A DNA stretch of 64,000 bases from Minisyncoccota bacterium (GCA_020059915.1 JAGVBB010000004.1:2910-66909); one strand, 5' to 3'. Positions 48,659 through 59,813 are shown, counted from the first letter of the stretch. Notes: generated from the sequence alone by a model not told the origin. Numbers and translations: made by a program.

Positions 48659-49066
48659 CTAATATGTGGGCATCTCTTCCATCTCACCTTCAAACACATC
48701 AGAAGAATCGTTACATACTTTTGTTCTGTAAAAATCCCACTCTTCACATGTTCTTCCATCATCAAAAATACACACTCCATACATATTCCCATTGGCATCA
48801 GCGCGGAATTCAATAGATCCCCCTTCATCAAGACAAAAAACTGATGCGGGATTTGCAACACTTGTATTGCCTGCTGAATTCTTTTGAATAACACCACACA
48901 CCCTCTCTGGTTTTGGATCTCTTGGATTTCCATGTTTCACCCAACCACTCTGTTCACAAACCCACATATCCTCTGGTCCACCATAAATAAACCGAATCAT
49001 AAGAACAATGACAGCAATAGCAAAAAGACAGACGCCAATAATGCTTATTATTTTCTTTGTGTCCAT
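48659..49066 (-). CDS. DUF333-like membrane-anchored protein
   Basis: N-terminal transmembrane segment. The signature ANPASVFC...GG...GVC.F.DG.TCEEW.FYR is seen in other proteins of this family. Confidence 0.6.
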   Translation of the reverse strand: MDTKKIISIIGVCLFAIAVIVLMIRFIYGGPEDMWVCEQSGWVKHGNPRDPKPERVCGVIQKNSAGNTSVANPASVFCLDEGGSIEFRADANGNMYGVCIFDDGRTCEEWDFYRTKVCNDSSDVFEGEMEEMPTY

Positions 49067-49078
49067 ATAGATATTATA

Positions 49079-49627
49079 CTAATTATCCGTTTCAGAATCC
49101 TTTTCTGGTAATAGATAACTATCCTTGGGGAATACCTTTATTGCAATCACAACAGCAATAAGGGCTATAACAATACCTCCCAAAGAATCGGTTGGCCAAT
49201 GAACTCCTGAATAAATACGGGCTAATGCGTTTATACATGCAAATAGTAAAAATATAATACCCCATCGTTTTGAAATCATATATACAACACAACCAAGTAT
49301 GGTGAGTACAATCGCATGGCTTGATGGAAATGCATAAGAGGTTTCAATAAAAAGCGGGGTGATTTGAAGAGCAATAAACGGTCTTGGTCTACTATAAAAA
49401 TAATGAATAATTTCAAAAATAAATCCTCGCGCAATAAGAAGTGAAAAAGTAATTATAATAAACAACCGCATGCGTTCTCTCCATGCCGGAATACGAATCC
49501 AAAGAATAATAGCAATAATACCTGCGAGATACGGGAGATATTCTGCAATCACAACAACAAACCAGTCAGCAAGTGCTGACCGGTTTGCAAATTCACTAAT
49601 GAATTGAAAAATCCCAAGATCAAACAT
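49079..49627 (-). CDS. PAP2-family lipid phosphatase (undecaprenyl-diphosphatase or PgpB-like)
   Basis: Conserved PAP2 motifs: KxxxxxxRP-like, PSSH and SGVHWPTD. Confidence 0.75.
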   Translation of the reverse strand: MFDLGIFQFISEFANRSALADWFVVVIAEYLPYLAGIIAIILWIRIPAWRERMRLFIIITFSLLIARGFIFEIIHYFYSRPRPFIALQITPLFIETSYAFPSSHAIVLTILGCVVYMISKRWGIIFLLFACINALARIYSGVHWPTDSLGGIVIALIAVVIAIKVFPKDSYLLPEKDSETDN

Positions 49628-49634
49628 TATCTAT

Positions 49635-49880
49635 TTATTTATTATTTACAAACGGCAAAAGACCCATGATGCGAGCACGTTTGATTGCGTTTGCAAGACG
49701 GCGTTGGTGCTTTGCACAAACTCCTGTGTGTCGTGGATCAATGATTTTTGCCTGGCTTGAAGTATAACGTTTTAATAATTCAACGTTTTTAAAATCAATT
49801 TCTTTTGCGTTTTGTGAACAAAATGAACACTGTTTCATATTTCTAAAATGGTATTTCATCCGACCTAATGTCTTCCTCAA
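49635..49880 (-). CDS. rpsR: 30S ribosomal protein S18
   Basis: CSFC...IDFKNVELLKRY...GVCAKHQRRLA. The true start is probably an internal Met (49859 or 49838). The track ORF overlaps the ssb 3' end. Confidence 0.85.
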   Translation of the reverse strand: MRKTLGRMKYHFRNMKQCSFCSQNAKEIDFKNVELLKRYTSSQAKIIDPRHTGVCAKHQRRLANAIKRARIMGLLPFVNNK

Positions 49881-50319
49881 GATTTATTTCTGGAAGTTCA
49901 TCTTTCATATCTTCAAGAAAATTATCTTTTGGTGATTCCTGTGAGAATTCTTTTGATCCCGAAGAAAAAGAATTTGAGCTACTTCCCATGGCACGTGGCC
50001 CCATCTGCATATTTTCACATACGATTTCTGTTGCATAACGGGTCTGTCCCGTTGTCTTATCTTGCCAACTTCTTGTTTGTAATCTTCCCTCAATAAGTAC
50101 CATGGTTCCCTTTTTAAGATATTGACTTGCAATTTCTGCCTGACGTCCCCACACTACTACATTATGAAATTGTGTATCAGTTTGCTTCTGTCCGTTCTTT
50201 GCAGTCCAGTTACGGTTTGTTGCAAGTGAAAATGATCCAACTGATTGACCACCAGGAGTGCTCCGTAATTGTGGATCATTGGTAAGCCGACCGATAATAA
50301 ATACTTTATTGAGATTCAT
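49843..50319 (-). CDS. ssb: Single-stranded DNA-binding protein
   Basis: OB fold and an acidic C-terminal tail ending DEIPF. Confidence 0.9.
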   Translation of the reverse strand: MNLNKVFIIGRLTNDPQLRSTPGGQSVGSFSLATNRNWTAKNGQKQTDTQFHNVVVWGRQAEIASQYLKKGTMVLIEGRLQTRSWQDKTTGQTRYATEIVCENMQMGPRAMGSSSNSFSSGSKEFSQESPKDNFLEDMKDELPEINLEEDIRSDEIPF

Positions 50320-50324
50320 CCCGT

Positions 50325-50723
50325 TTATTGTAATATTTCCTCTATCTTCTTCTCAAGTGCCTCATTAGGAAGCATTGCCTGGAGGGCACTCTTCAATCGA
50401 GATGGCCTTTTTGTTTCGTCGGTAGAACGCTTCTCGTTCACCTTCTTTTCTTTCTTCTCAGTGATGAGAACACGAACTACTTCTGGAATTTTAGAGAGAT
50501 CAGCACGAAGCTCCTTTTCCTCATGTTTTGGTACAGAAGCCTCAAATGTCACAAAAAATGCATACTGCTGTTTTTTTATATCATAAGAAAGTCGAATTTT
50601 CTGAATCGTCTTTTCTGAAGTTATCTCAACCCCGTGTGATTTAAAGACACGCTTTATTTCATCAACTGACTCGGTTTGAACCAAGACATTTATTTCAAAT
50701 TGTGTAATTATTTTTTCGTCCAT
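50325..50723 (-). CDS. rpsF: 30S ribosomal protein S6 (divergent)
   Basis: Sits in the conserved rpsF-ssb-rpsR arrangement. Weak but consistent S6 N-terminal similarity. Confidence 0.65.
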   Translation of the reverse strand: MDEKIITQFEINVLVQTESVDEIKRVFKSHGVEITSEKTIQKIRLSYDIKKQQYAFFVTFEASVPKHEEKELRADLSKIPEVVRVLITEKKEKKVNEKRSTDETKRPSRLKSALQAMLPNEALEKKIEEILQ

Positions 50724-50765
50724 AGCAATACAGATGTGGTTTTTACAATAGCAAAAGAATCTTGG

Positions 50766-53700
50766 TTAGTCAAACGATTCTTCTGATTCAACTTTTTCTT
50801 CTTCTACTCCATTTGTCGTTTCTCCAATATCTTTTACCGCCTCATCAACTATAAATTCTTCTTTTGGTATTTCATCTTGTCCAATAAGAATTTTTCCTCG
50901 ATTATCTTCTTCTCGCATTTTTTCAAGAATATCCTGAGGTATACCACGCTTTCCCGTTCCTGCTGGTATAAGTTTTCCAATAATGACATTTTCCTTAAGT
51001 CCGCGGAGTGGATCAACTTTTCCTTCAACTGCTGCGCTTACCAATACCCTACTTGTTTCTTGGAATGATGCAGCAGAAAGGAAGCTGGTAGAATTCAATG
51101 CTACACGAGTGATTCCCAATACTTTCAGTATTCCCTTTGCAATAGTTCCCTTTGCCTTCTTAACTGCACGATTTGATCGTATAAAGTCGGATTTTTCTAC
51201 CAAATCTCCAGGCATAAAATCTGTTTCTCCCGCCTCCTTCACATATACCCGAGACAACATTTGACGTGCAATTATTTCAATGTGTTTGTCATTGATTGCA
51301 GCACCTTGTGTTACATAAATTTTCTGCACTTCATTTATTATGTATCGCTCTGCATCTTCAAGTCCGCGAAGAACAAGCAATTCACGAATGTCGAGTGGTC
51401 CCTCAGTCAATGCATCACCACGCTTTATTATATCTCCTTCCTTTACCCGAATCATTGCTGTAGCAGAAATGATATACTCGTCAACATTTGCTTTTGTTGT
51501 TTTCTTTGTTTTTGCTCCAGATTTTGTAACCTTAATTATTTTTGCAAGTCCACGTTCTTCGATTTCTGTTACAAGACCATCATTTTTTGCAAGTGGGGCC
51601 TTTCCTTTTGGTGGACGAGCTTCAAAGATTTCCTCAACACGAGGAAGTCCGTGTGTGATATCAACACCAGCAATACCTCCTATGTGGAAGGTTCTCATGG
51701 TAAGCTGAGTTCCCGGCTCTCCAATTGATTGTGCTGCTATAACACCCACCGCAACACCTTCCTCTACTAACTTGTTTTTAGCAAGATCATATCCATAACA
51801 CATAGAACAAATTCCATGTGATGTCTTACATGTTATTGGGGAACGAACAGTAACAGAATCAAGTTTTGAATTATGAATTATTTTTGCAATATCACGGGTA
51901 ATTACTTCTCCTGCTTTTGCCACTGTTTTTCTCTCAATTTTTATGTCATTAAGAGCAACACGTGAATATAATCGCTCACCAAATTCATACCCATATCCAT
52001 CACCATCCTTTCTGAAAATAGTAATTCCCTCCTCTGTTCCACAATCGTCTTCCTGAATAGTGAGATCCTGTGAGACATCAACTAAACGTCGGGTAAGATA
52101 TCCCGCAGTTGCAGTTTTAAGTGCTGTATCTGTTGAACCTTTTCGTGAAGCGTGTGTGGACATAAAGTACTCAAGCACTCCAAATCCTTCCTTATAACAA
52201 GACTTGATTGGAAATTCTATTGTTTCTCCTTTTGGATTAATAGTAAGACCCTTCATTCCCATCATCTGTGTTGCCTGTGCCCAACTTCCACGTGCACCGG
52301 ATGCAATAATTGAATATACTGGGTTTCCTTTTTTCTCGGTAAGTGCATTTGGAATATGTTTCGTAATATTTTCACGAACCCCCGACCAAATATCAACCAC
52401 CCGTTGTTTTCTTTCACGATCAGTTAAGAATCCTTCATTATATTGAGAATCAATTTCATTAATATCGTCTTCTGCTTTTTTAATAATTTCCTTTTTCTCT
52501 TTTGGAATTTTTACGTCATCAATACTCCACGTTGCACCAGATGCAGACGCATATTGATAACCAAGATGTTTGATTCCATCAAGATATTGTGCTGTTGACT
52601 CAATTCCATATTGTTCAATAATTTTTGCAACAATTTTTGATATTTTCTTTTTGTTTAATTCATCATTAACAAATTCAAAATCTTCTGGAAGAATTTCGTT
52701 AAATATAATTCTCCCATATGAGGTCTCCTGCATTACGCCTTTTACTGGCACCTTGATACGGCTATTGATATCCACATATCCATGTTCGTATGCAAGACTA
52801 AGTTCGGTAACACTAGAAAATATTTTTCCTTCTCCCTTTGATCCATCTTCAATGTGAGTCAAAAAGAACACTCCAAGCACCATATCAAGAGATGGTGCAA
52901 CAATTGGGTCACCACTTGATGGTTTCAAGAGGTTTTTCCCCGCATCCATAAGGTTTGTTGCTTCATACTGTGCTTCAAGGGTAAGAGGAAGGTGTACTGC
53001 CATCTGGTCTCCATCAAAGTCTGCATTAAACGCAGAACACACAAGCGGTGGAATACGAATTGCTAAGTCCTCGATAAGCAACGGTTTGAATGCCTGAATA
53101 CCAAGTCGATGCAATGTCGGTGCACGGTTAAGAAGAACTTTTTTATTTTTTATAACTTCTTCAAGTATTTCCCATACTTCTGGGGATCCTTGTTCAATAA
53201 AACGGTTTGCCTGCTTTATATTGAAAGCAAAACCTCGTTCAATAATTTTATTTATGACAAAGTGCCTGAAAAGCTCGAGCGCCATATTTTTTGGAAGTCC
53301 ACATTCGTTCAACCGTAAATCTGGACCAACAACAATAACAGAACGAGCAGAATAATCTACACGTTTTCCCAAAAGGTTTTGGCGAAAACGACCCTGCTTT
53401 CCCTTTAACATGTCAGCAAGCGAACGAAGTGGTCGACGACGTGTAGAAAGTATCTGGCTTCCTGCACGTGTTGTGTTATCGATAAGAGCATCTACTGCCT
53501 CTTGAAGCATTCTCTTTTCATTAGTAAGAATAACTTCTGGAGAACGAAGTTCAATGAGTTTCTTAAGACGATTATTACGATTGATAACACGTCGATACAA
53601 ATCGTTTAAGTCTGCAGTCGCATATCTTCCTCCTTCGAGTGCAACCATTGGACGAAGATCTGGGGGAAGAATTGGCAATACAGTGATAATCATCCATTCT

Positions 53701-54482
53701 GGACGAATTCCAGAATCAACAAGAGATTGCGCTAATTTCAAACGACGAAGCACACGCTTTAATCTGCTTTCATCACGAACCTCAGCAAGTTCTTTTCTGA
53801 GATTTTTTACAAGGAGTTTTAAATCAATTTGTTCAAGAATTTTTCTTACCGCACCAGCTCCTCTATCTGCTTCAAAGATATCTGCAAAACGCTCTGAGAG
53901 AGTGAAATATTCTGACTCAGTCAAAATAAGACCAGGACGGAGTGTGGTAACAACCTGCCGTATATTTTCTCCCTTCTCCACAATCTCATCCATATTTGGA
54001 GATCCTTTAAGTCCTTTTACTTCTCTTGCAATACTTTCAAGTGCATGTTTTCGCGCATCCTCATTAACATGAGTTACCACAAATGCTGCATAATAGAGAA
54101 CCTTTTCAAGTTTTGAAACTGGTATATCTAAAAGCAAACTAAGTTTTGATGGGACAGTACGCATGAACCAAATATGCGCAACAGGAGCCGCAAGCGTAAT
54201 ATGTCCCATACGCTCTCGACGTACAATTGCACGCGTTACTTCAACGCCACATTTTTCACAGGTAACTCCTTTGTATCGTACTTTTTTATATTTTCCACAG
54301 TAACATTCATAGTCTTTTGTTGGACCAAAGATACGCTCAGAAAACAAGCCATCTTTCTCAGGTCTCTGAGTTCGATAGTTTAATGTTTCTGGTTTTGTAA
54401 CCTCACCATATGACCATTTGAGAATCTCGTCTGGAGATGCGAGTCGGATTGAGATGCTGTTAATTTCTAATTGTCTTTCCAT
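50766..54482 (-). CDS. rpoC: DNA-directed RNA polymerase subunit beta'
   Basis: Zinc-binding CYCGKYKKVRYKGVTCEKCG and the catalytic NADFDGD. Confidence 0.95.
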   Translation of the reverse strand: MERQLEINSISIRLASPDEILKWSYGEVTKPETLNYRTQRPEKDGLFSERIFGPTKDYECYCGKYKKVRYKGVTCEKCGVEVTRAIVRRERMGHITLAAPVAHIWFMRTVPSKLSLLLDIPVSKLEKVLYYAAFVVTHVNEDARKHALESIAREVKGLKGSPNMDEIVEKGENIRQVVTTLRPGLILTESEYFTLSERFADIFEADRGAGAVRKILEQIDLKLLVKNLRKELAEVRDESRLKRVLRRLKLAQSLVDSGIRPEWMIITVLPILPPDLRPMVALEGGRYATADLNDLYRRVINRNNRLKKLIELRSPEVILTNEKRMLQEAVDALIDNTTRAGSQILSTRRRPLRSLADMLKGKQGRFRQNLLGKRVDYSARSVIVVGPDLRLNECGLPKNMALELFRHFVINKIIERGFAFNIKQANRFIEQGSPEVWEILEEVIKNKKVLLNRAPTLHRLGIQAFKPLLIEDLAIRIPPLVCSAFNADFDGDQMAVHLPLTLEAQYEATNLMDAGKNLLKPSSGDPIVAPSLDMVLGVFFLTHIEDGSKGEGKIFSSVTELSLAYEHGYVDINSRIKVPVKGVMQETSYGRIIFNEILPEDFEFVNDELNKKKISKIVAKIIEQYGIESTAQYLDGIKHLGYQYASASGATWSIDDVKIPKEKKEIIKKAEDDINEIDSQYNEGFLTDRERKQRVVDIWSGVRENITKHIPNALTEKKGNPVYSIIASGARGSWAQATQMMGMKGLTINPKGETIEFPIKSCYKEGFGVLEYFMSTHASRKGSTDTALKTATAGYLTRRLVDVSQDLTIQEDDCGTEEGITIFRKDGDGYGYEFGERLYSRVALNDIKIERKTVAKAGEVITRDIAKIIHNSKLDSVTVRSPITCKTSHGICSMCYGYDLAKNKLVEEGVAVGVIAAQSIGEPGTQLTMRTFHIGGIAGVDITHGLPRVEEIFEARPPKGKAPLAKNDGLVTEIEERGLAKIIKVTKSGAKTKKTTKANVDEYIISATAMIRVKEGDIIKRGDALTEGPLDIRELLVLRGLEDAERYIINEVQKIYVTQGAAINDKHIEIIARQMLSRVYVKEAGETDFMPGDLVEKSDFIRSNRAVKKAKGTIAKGILKVLGITRVALNSTSFLSAASFQETSRVLVSAAVEGKVDPLRGLKENVIIGKLIPAGTGKRGIPQDILEKMREEDNRGKILIGQDEIPKEEFIVDEAVKDIGETTNGVEEEKVESEESFD

Positions 54483-54502
54483 GTTTTTTAAAATAATTAA
54501 TG

Positions 54503-57500
54503 TTATTCCTCATCTTCTATTTCAACTGGTCGCCCTTTTTCAATTTCTCGTTCTCCATCGTAATGAACACCGAGCCCCAAAGATTTCAATTCACTAAGCA
54601 AGACATTGAATGATGCAGGGACATTTGGCTTTCTTATTTCTGTCCCTCTGATAATTGATTCAAATGCTGCAGACCTTCCTAGTACATCGTCAGATTTTAT
54701 AGTAAGCATTTCTTGCAATGTATGCGCTGCTCCATATCCTTCGAGCGCCCACACTTCCATTTCTCCAAATCGTTGTCCTCCAAGTTGAGCTTTTCCTCCT
54801 AACGGCTGTTGAGTAATCAATGAGTATGGACCCGTTGAACGCATATGGATTTTATCTTCCACTAAATGGTTGAGTTTCATCATATAGATACAACCGACCA
54901 TGATTGGATCTCTAAACGCCTCTCCGGTAAGTCCATCATACAATGTCATTTTTCCTGTTTCGGAAAATCCTGCGCGAACCAATTCTTCTTGAATCTCTTT
55001 TTCATTTCCTCCAACAAAGTTTGGAACCACTGCTCTATATTTCAGCGTCGATGCTGCAAGTCCCAAGTGAGTTTCAAGAATTTGTCCAAGGTTCATACGT
55101 GATGCAACACCAAGTGGGTTTAACACCACATCAACTGGCGTGCCATCGGGAAGATATGGCATGTCCTCCACTGGACGGATAGTCGAAATAACACCTTTGT
55201 TTCCATGGCGTCCTGCAAGTTTGTCACCAGCACGAATTTTACGAAGCTGAGCAACCTCAACCTGAACTTTCTTTATAATTCCTGGTTCAAGTTTATCTCC
55301 TTTCTCTCGTGAAAATATTTTTATACCAATAATTCTCCCTGTTTTTCCATGAGGTAGGGTGAGTGATGTATCTTTCACATCACGCGCCTTTTCACCAAAG
55401 ATCGCACGAAGCAATCGTTCTTCTGAAGAAAGTTCCGATTCACCTTTTGGTGAAATTTTACCAACAAGGATATCTCCTGGTCGAACCTCTGCGCCAATAC
55501 GAACAATACCCTCTTCATCAAGGTTTCTTAATTTCTCTTCTGAAACATTCGGGATATCTGGTGTTGTAATTTCTGGACCAAGTTTTGTATCGCGTACTGA
55601 ACAAATAAATGTTTCAATGTGAATTGAAGTAAAGCGATCTTTTTGTGCAACGCGCTCTGAAAGCACCACTGCATCTTCAAAGTTCCAACCTCTCCATGGC
55701 ACAAACGCAACAACAAGATTTTGTCCCAAACTTAATACTCCATCTTTTGTTCCTGGTCCATCCGCAATAACATCACCTTTTTTTACTTTATCTCCAACGT
55801 GCACAATAGGACGCTGTGAAAGACATGTTGATTGGTTTGATCTTCGGAATTTAAGGATTGAATATCTTTTTGTTCCAGAATTTCCCTTCACAGCAATACT
55901 GTGAGAATCAGATTCAGTAATAACTCCATCTTCTTCAGCAACAATTACCTGTTCCGAATCATGTGCTGCTCGATCTTCCTGTCCAGTTCCTACATAAGGA
56001 ATTTCTGGGTGAATTGACGGAACTCCTTGACGTTGCATGTTTGATCCCATGAGTGCGCGGTTTGCATCATCGTGTTCCAAAAATGGAATGAGAGATGCAG
56101 AAACGCTGGTAAATTGATTTGCAGAAACATCCATGAAATCTATCTCTTCTCTTTTACATTCTCCCGGCTTTCCCTTTACGCGTGCAGGAAGTACATCTGG
56201 CACAATAAATCCTTTTTCATCAATAGCAACATCTGCCTGCGCAATGTTATATTTTTCTTCTTCAATTGCATCAAGCCATACCAATGATGAGGTTACTACC
56301 CCATTCTTTACTTTGTGATATGGAGATTCTAGAAATCCAAAGTCGTTTAATCGGGCATGGTTTGCTATATAGCTCACCAAACCAATGTTTGCCCCTTCTG
56401 GGGTTTGTACAGGACAAATGCGTCCATAATATGAAGAGTGTACATCACGAACCTCAAATCCTGCGCGCTCTCGAGTAAGTCCACCAGGGCCCATTGCAGA
56501 CATTCTCCGCTTGTGTTCAAGCTCTGCTAATGGATTTACCTGATCCATGAACTGTGAAAGCTGTGAAGAAGAGAAAAAATCTCTAACTACTGCAGTTAAT
56601 AATTTATAGTTAACCAACTGTACTGGTTGTAATGTTTGTCGTTCAAGTGTGGACATTCTATCCTGAACCCCACGTCGTAGACGAGCAAATCCAACACGAA
56701 GACGTGATTGTACCAATTCTCCAACTGCACGAACTCTTCGATTCCCTAAATGATCAATGTCGTCTGGTTCAGCGCTGGCATTATTATTCATTCGAATAAT
56801 TTCTTTTATGATGATGGTGAGATCCTCTTTATCAAGAACACCTTCTTCTTTATTTTCAATTGAAAGACGTTGATTTAATTTATATCTTCCCACCGCACTC
56901 AAATCATAACGATCAAATCGAAAGAACATTCCTTCAATAAGTGAACGGGCGTTATCAACGGTAGTGAGATCTCCAGGTCGAAGGCGATTATGAATTCCGA
57001 GAAGAGATTCATCCTGGTTTTCTGCATCATCTTTTTTGAGAGTTGCTTGGATATGTTTAAGATCTCCGGTATCAACATCAGAAAATGCTTTGAGCATCTC
57101 TTCATTTGATGAATAACCAAAAATTCGCAAAAGCTGAGTTACAGGAGCTTTTCTCTTGCGATCTATACGAACACCAATAAATCCATCTGCTTCTGTTTCA
57201 AATTCAAGCCATGCACCACGGTTTGGAATAACTTTTGCACCAAACATCTTCTTTCCTCGAAAAATGTTTGTAGTAAAATATGCGCCTGGACTTCGGACTA
57301 ATTGGGAAATCACAACGCGCTCAACACCATTAATGATGAATGTTCCACGTGCTGTCATAAGTGGAAAATCTCCAAGATATACCTCCTGTTCAAACGAGTC
57401 ATTGGTGGTACGATTTACCAATTTAAGATTTACTCGAAGCGCTGCTTCATACGTTAAATCTTTTTCTTTTGTTTGTTCTTCTGTATATTTTGGGTTATCA

Positions 57501-57685
57501 AATTTATAATCCAAAAAATGAAGTTCAAGTTCCTTTCCTGTGTGATCTTTAATCGGAGAGATTTCATCGAACAACTCTCGAAGACCCTTTTCTACAAACC
57601 ACTTGAAAGAATTGCGTTGAATCTCAATGAGGTTCATCGCAGGAAATTTCGGCCCGTTATATGAAGAGAATATTTTTGTTTTCAT
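54503..57685 (-). CDS. rpoB: DNA-directed RNA polymerase subunit beta
   Basis: 1060 aa with conserved Rif-region and catalytic segments. Confidence 0.95.
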   Translation of the reverse strand: MKTKIFSSYNGPKFPAMNLIEIQRNSFKWFVEKGLRELFDEISPIKDHTGKELELHFLDYKFDNPKYTEEQTKEKDLTYEAALRVNLKLVNRTTNDSFEQEVYLGDFPLMTARGTFIINGVERVVISQLVRSPGAYFTTNIFRGKKMFGAKVIPNRGAWLEFETEADGFIGVRIDRKRKAPVTQLLRIFGYSSNEEMLKAFSDVDTGDLKHIQATLKKDDAENQDESLLGIHNRLRPGDLTTVDNARSLIEGMFFRFDRYDLSAVGRYKLNQRLSIENKEEGVLDKEDLTIIIKEIIRMNNNASAEPDDIDHLGNRRVRAVGELVQSRLRVGFARLRRGVQDRMSTLERQTLQPVQLVNYKLLTAVVRDFFSSSQLSQFMDQVNPLAELEHKRRMSAMGPGGLTRERAGFEVRDVHSSYYGRICPVQTPEGANIGLVSYIANHARLNDFGFLESPYHKVKNGVVTSSLVWLDAIEEEKYNIAQADVAIDEKGFIVPDVLPARVKGKPGECKREEIDFMDVSANQFTSVSASLIPFLEHDDANRALMGSNMQRQGVPSIHPEIPYVGTGQEDRAAHDSEQVIVAEEDGVITESDSHSIAVKGNSGTKRYSILKFRRSNQSTCLSQRPIVHVGDKVKKGDVIADGPGTKDGVLSLGQNLVVAFVPWRGWNFEDAVVLSERVAQKDRFTSIHIETFICSVRDTKLGPEITTPDIPNVSEEKLRNLDEEGIVRIGAEVRPGDILVGKISPKGESELSSEERLLRAIFGEKARDVKDTSLTLPHGKTGRIIGIKIFSREKGDKLEPGIIKKVQVEVAQLRKIRAGDKLAGRHGNKGVISTIRPVEDMPYLPDGTPVDVVLNPLGVASRMNLGQILETHLGLAASTLKYRAVVPNFVGGNEKEIQEELVRAGFSETGKMTLYDGLTGEAFRDPIMVGCIYMMKLNHLVEDKIHMRSTGPYSLITQQPLGGKAQLGGQRFGEMEVWALEGYGAAHTLQEMLTIKSDDVLGRSAAFESIIRGTEIRKPNVPASFNVLLSELKSLGLGVHYDGEREIEKGRPVEIEDEE

Positions 57686-57706
57686 CGTTTAATAGTTTTT
57701 TAATAT

Positions 57707-58753
57707 TTATAAGTATTTCGCTTTTTTTATATTGTGTTCATCAAGTGTTCTTGAGAACATGGTTTCTCCCGTCTTTGCTGATAAATAATATAAGTATTGG
57801 GTCGTCTGCGGTTCTATAGCTGCTTTGATTGCTGTCTGTCCTGGATTTGCAATCGGAGTCGGTGGAAATCCTAACCGCTGATATGTGTTGTAGAGAGATG
57901 GAAGTGATATATCCCCCCGCACCAAACTGATTACATCACACCCCCTATACTTCCCATCACACTTTGCATAACTAATTGTTGCATCCGCCTGGATTGGCAT
58001 ACGAATTGATATTCTCTTTAAGAATATTCCCGCAACGATTTGTCTATCCTCAAGTGTTATTACCTCTCGTTCAAGAATTGATGAAAGAATAAGTCGGTCA
58101 TACCAATCATCTTTTTCTTTCAGTACTGGCCACACCTTTCTATCAAATGTTTCTAAAAGTCTTCTGATAATTTCTTCTCCAGTAGCATCAAGTGGAATAC
58201 GATATGTATCAGGGAACAAGAACCCTTCAAGTGATGTTTTCTTTTCGAGAAACGGAAATTCTTTTTCAAATAATTTTGGATCTTTGGGGATTGTTGAACT
58301 TGGGGAAAGAATTCCAGATTTAATAGCAATTTCTTCAATATCCTTTATTGTTGATCCTTCAGGAATAACAATGGTAGTTTCATTCTTTCCTTTTTCGGTA
58401 AGTGTATTAACCATTTCAGGAATACTCATTGAATTAGTCACGTTGTATACGCCAGGCTGAAAACGATGGGCGGTGCCAGAAATAATGGTATAAAATTTAA
58501 ACGCAGTAATTGATCTAATAAGATTTTTTTGAGAAAGCCGACTAGCGATTCCCTTCACCCCTTCACCTTTCTCAATTTTGAACTGAAATGTTTTTGTTGC
58601 TTCCACAATTTGTTCACTACCACGATTTTTAACATCGGTTGGTTGTAGCGAATAGAAGAAATAAGCAACTACAAAAATAAGAACTAAAATAGCTCCTAAT
58701 ATGATTAGGAGACGCACACTTAAGCTGCCTCGTTGTTCATGCTGAGGATTCAA
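57707..58753 (-). CDS. mltG: Endolytic murein transglycosylase MltG (YceG-like)
   Basis: N-terminal transmembrane segment, then a YceG domain (LEGFLFPDTY, catalytic Glu region). Confidence 0.75.
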   Translation of the reverse strand: MNPQHEQRGSLSVRLLIILGAILVLIFVVAYFFYSLQPTDVKNRGSEQIVEATKTFQFKIEKGEGVKGIASRLSQKNLIRSITAFKFYTIISGTAHRFQPGVYNVTNSMSIPEMVNTLTEKGKNETTIVIPEGSTIKDIEEIAIKSGILSPSSTIPKDPKLFEKEFPFLEKKTSLEGFLFPDTYRIPLDATGEEIIRRLLETFDRKVWPVLKEKDDWYDRLILSSILEREVITLEDRQIVAGIFLKRISIRMPIQADATISYAKCDGKYRGCDVISLVRGDISLPSLYNTYQRLGFPPTPIANPGQTAIKAAIEPQTTQYLYYLSAKTGETMFSRTLDEHNIKKAKYL

Positions 58754-59813
58754 GTTTGATATGTTGTATTATGCTCAATAACACTGAAGAAGTCAATAGA
58801 TTTGATCCCCCATAGCTCACAAATGGAAATGTGATGCCCGCAACAGGCAAAAGTCCCATTGCAGAACCAACATTCACTGTGAAATGAGCGAGAAAATAAA
58901 CTCCAGAACCAAGACAGATAAATCGAAAATAATTGTCTTTTGCTCTGAGCCCAATCATTATAACACGATACACAACGGAAAAAAACGCGAGGACAACCGC
59001 AAGCCCACCAACAAGCCCCCACTCCTCCACAATTGCAGCAAAAATAAAATCAGTTTGTGCCTCGGGAAGAAATTTAAATTGAACCTGTGTCCCCATGCCA
59101 AATCCCTTACCTAATATTCCTCCGGAACCAATTGCTATTTTCGATTGAATAACATTGTAATTAACACCCAATGGATCTTTGTTGGGAGTAAAAAATCCAG
59201 TTATTCGATCTTTTTGATATGGTTTTAACGCAAATGCCCACATCATTACAAAAGCAACAATGAAACAACAAACACCAAAAAGGAATCGCTTTATATGGAC
59301 TCCAGAAAGCATAATGAAACCAAACCAAATAGCCATCACCATCGCCGCAGAACCAAAATCTGGATGTAAGAGAATTGGCACGGTGGGGATTAACATAAAA
59401 ACAAACGAAATAAAAAGCGTTCGTGCCTGCCATGCATGAATATGTTTCCGAGCAAAATAACTGGAAAGCACCAGAATAAGAGAAAGTTTTACTAACTCAG
59501 CAGGCTCAAATTGAAATCCAGCAATTGATATCCATCCTTTTGTCCCACGGACGGTACCAGAAAGAAAATTAGAAATAAAAACTAAAAATGTACTACCCCA
59601 ATATAAAGCCCCACGAAACCATATTTGTGTCCCAATCCACCTCCAATCAAATATACTTCCAAAAATTATTAATCCAAACCCAAATACATACCACAATAAC
59701 TGTCTCCAAAAAAAATCCATTCCAGAACTTGCTAAAGAAAGTAAACTAAAAAGAGCAAGCACCGCAAGTGCTCCTAAAAGCAGAAAATCAAGATTCCGTA
59801 TTCTTCGGATCAT
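58737..59813 (-). CDS. SEDS-family peptidoglycan glycosyltransferase (FtsW/RodA)
   Basis: 10-TM profile with SEDS motifs (EPAELVKL, GYSGGS-like region, PTVPILL). Confidence 0.75.
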   Translation of the reverse strand: MIRRIRNLDFLLLGALAVLALFSLLSLASSGMDFFWRQLLWYVFGFGLIIFGSIFDWRWIGTQIWFRGALYWGSTFLVFISNFLSGTVRGTKGWISIAGFQFEPAELVKLSLILVLSSYFARKHIHAWQARTLFISFVFMLIPTVPILLHPDFGSAAMVMAIWFGFIMLSGVHIKRFLFGVCCFIVAFVMMWAFALKPYQKDRITGFFTPNKDPLGVNYNVIQSKIAIGSGGILGKGFGMGTQVQFKFLPEAQTDFIFAAIVEEWGLVGGLAVVLAFFSVVYRVIMIGLRAKDNYFRFICLGSGVYFLAHFTVNVGSAMGLLPVAGITFPFVSYGGSNLLTSSVLLSIIQHIKLESSA

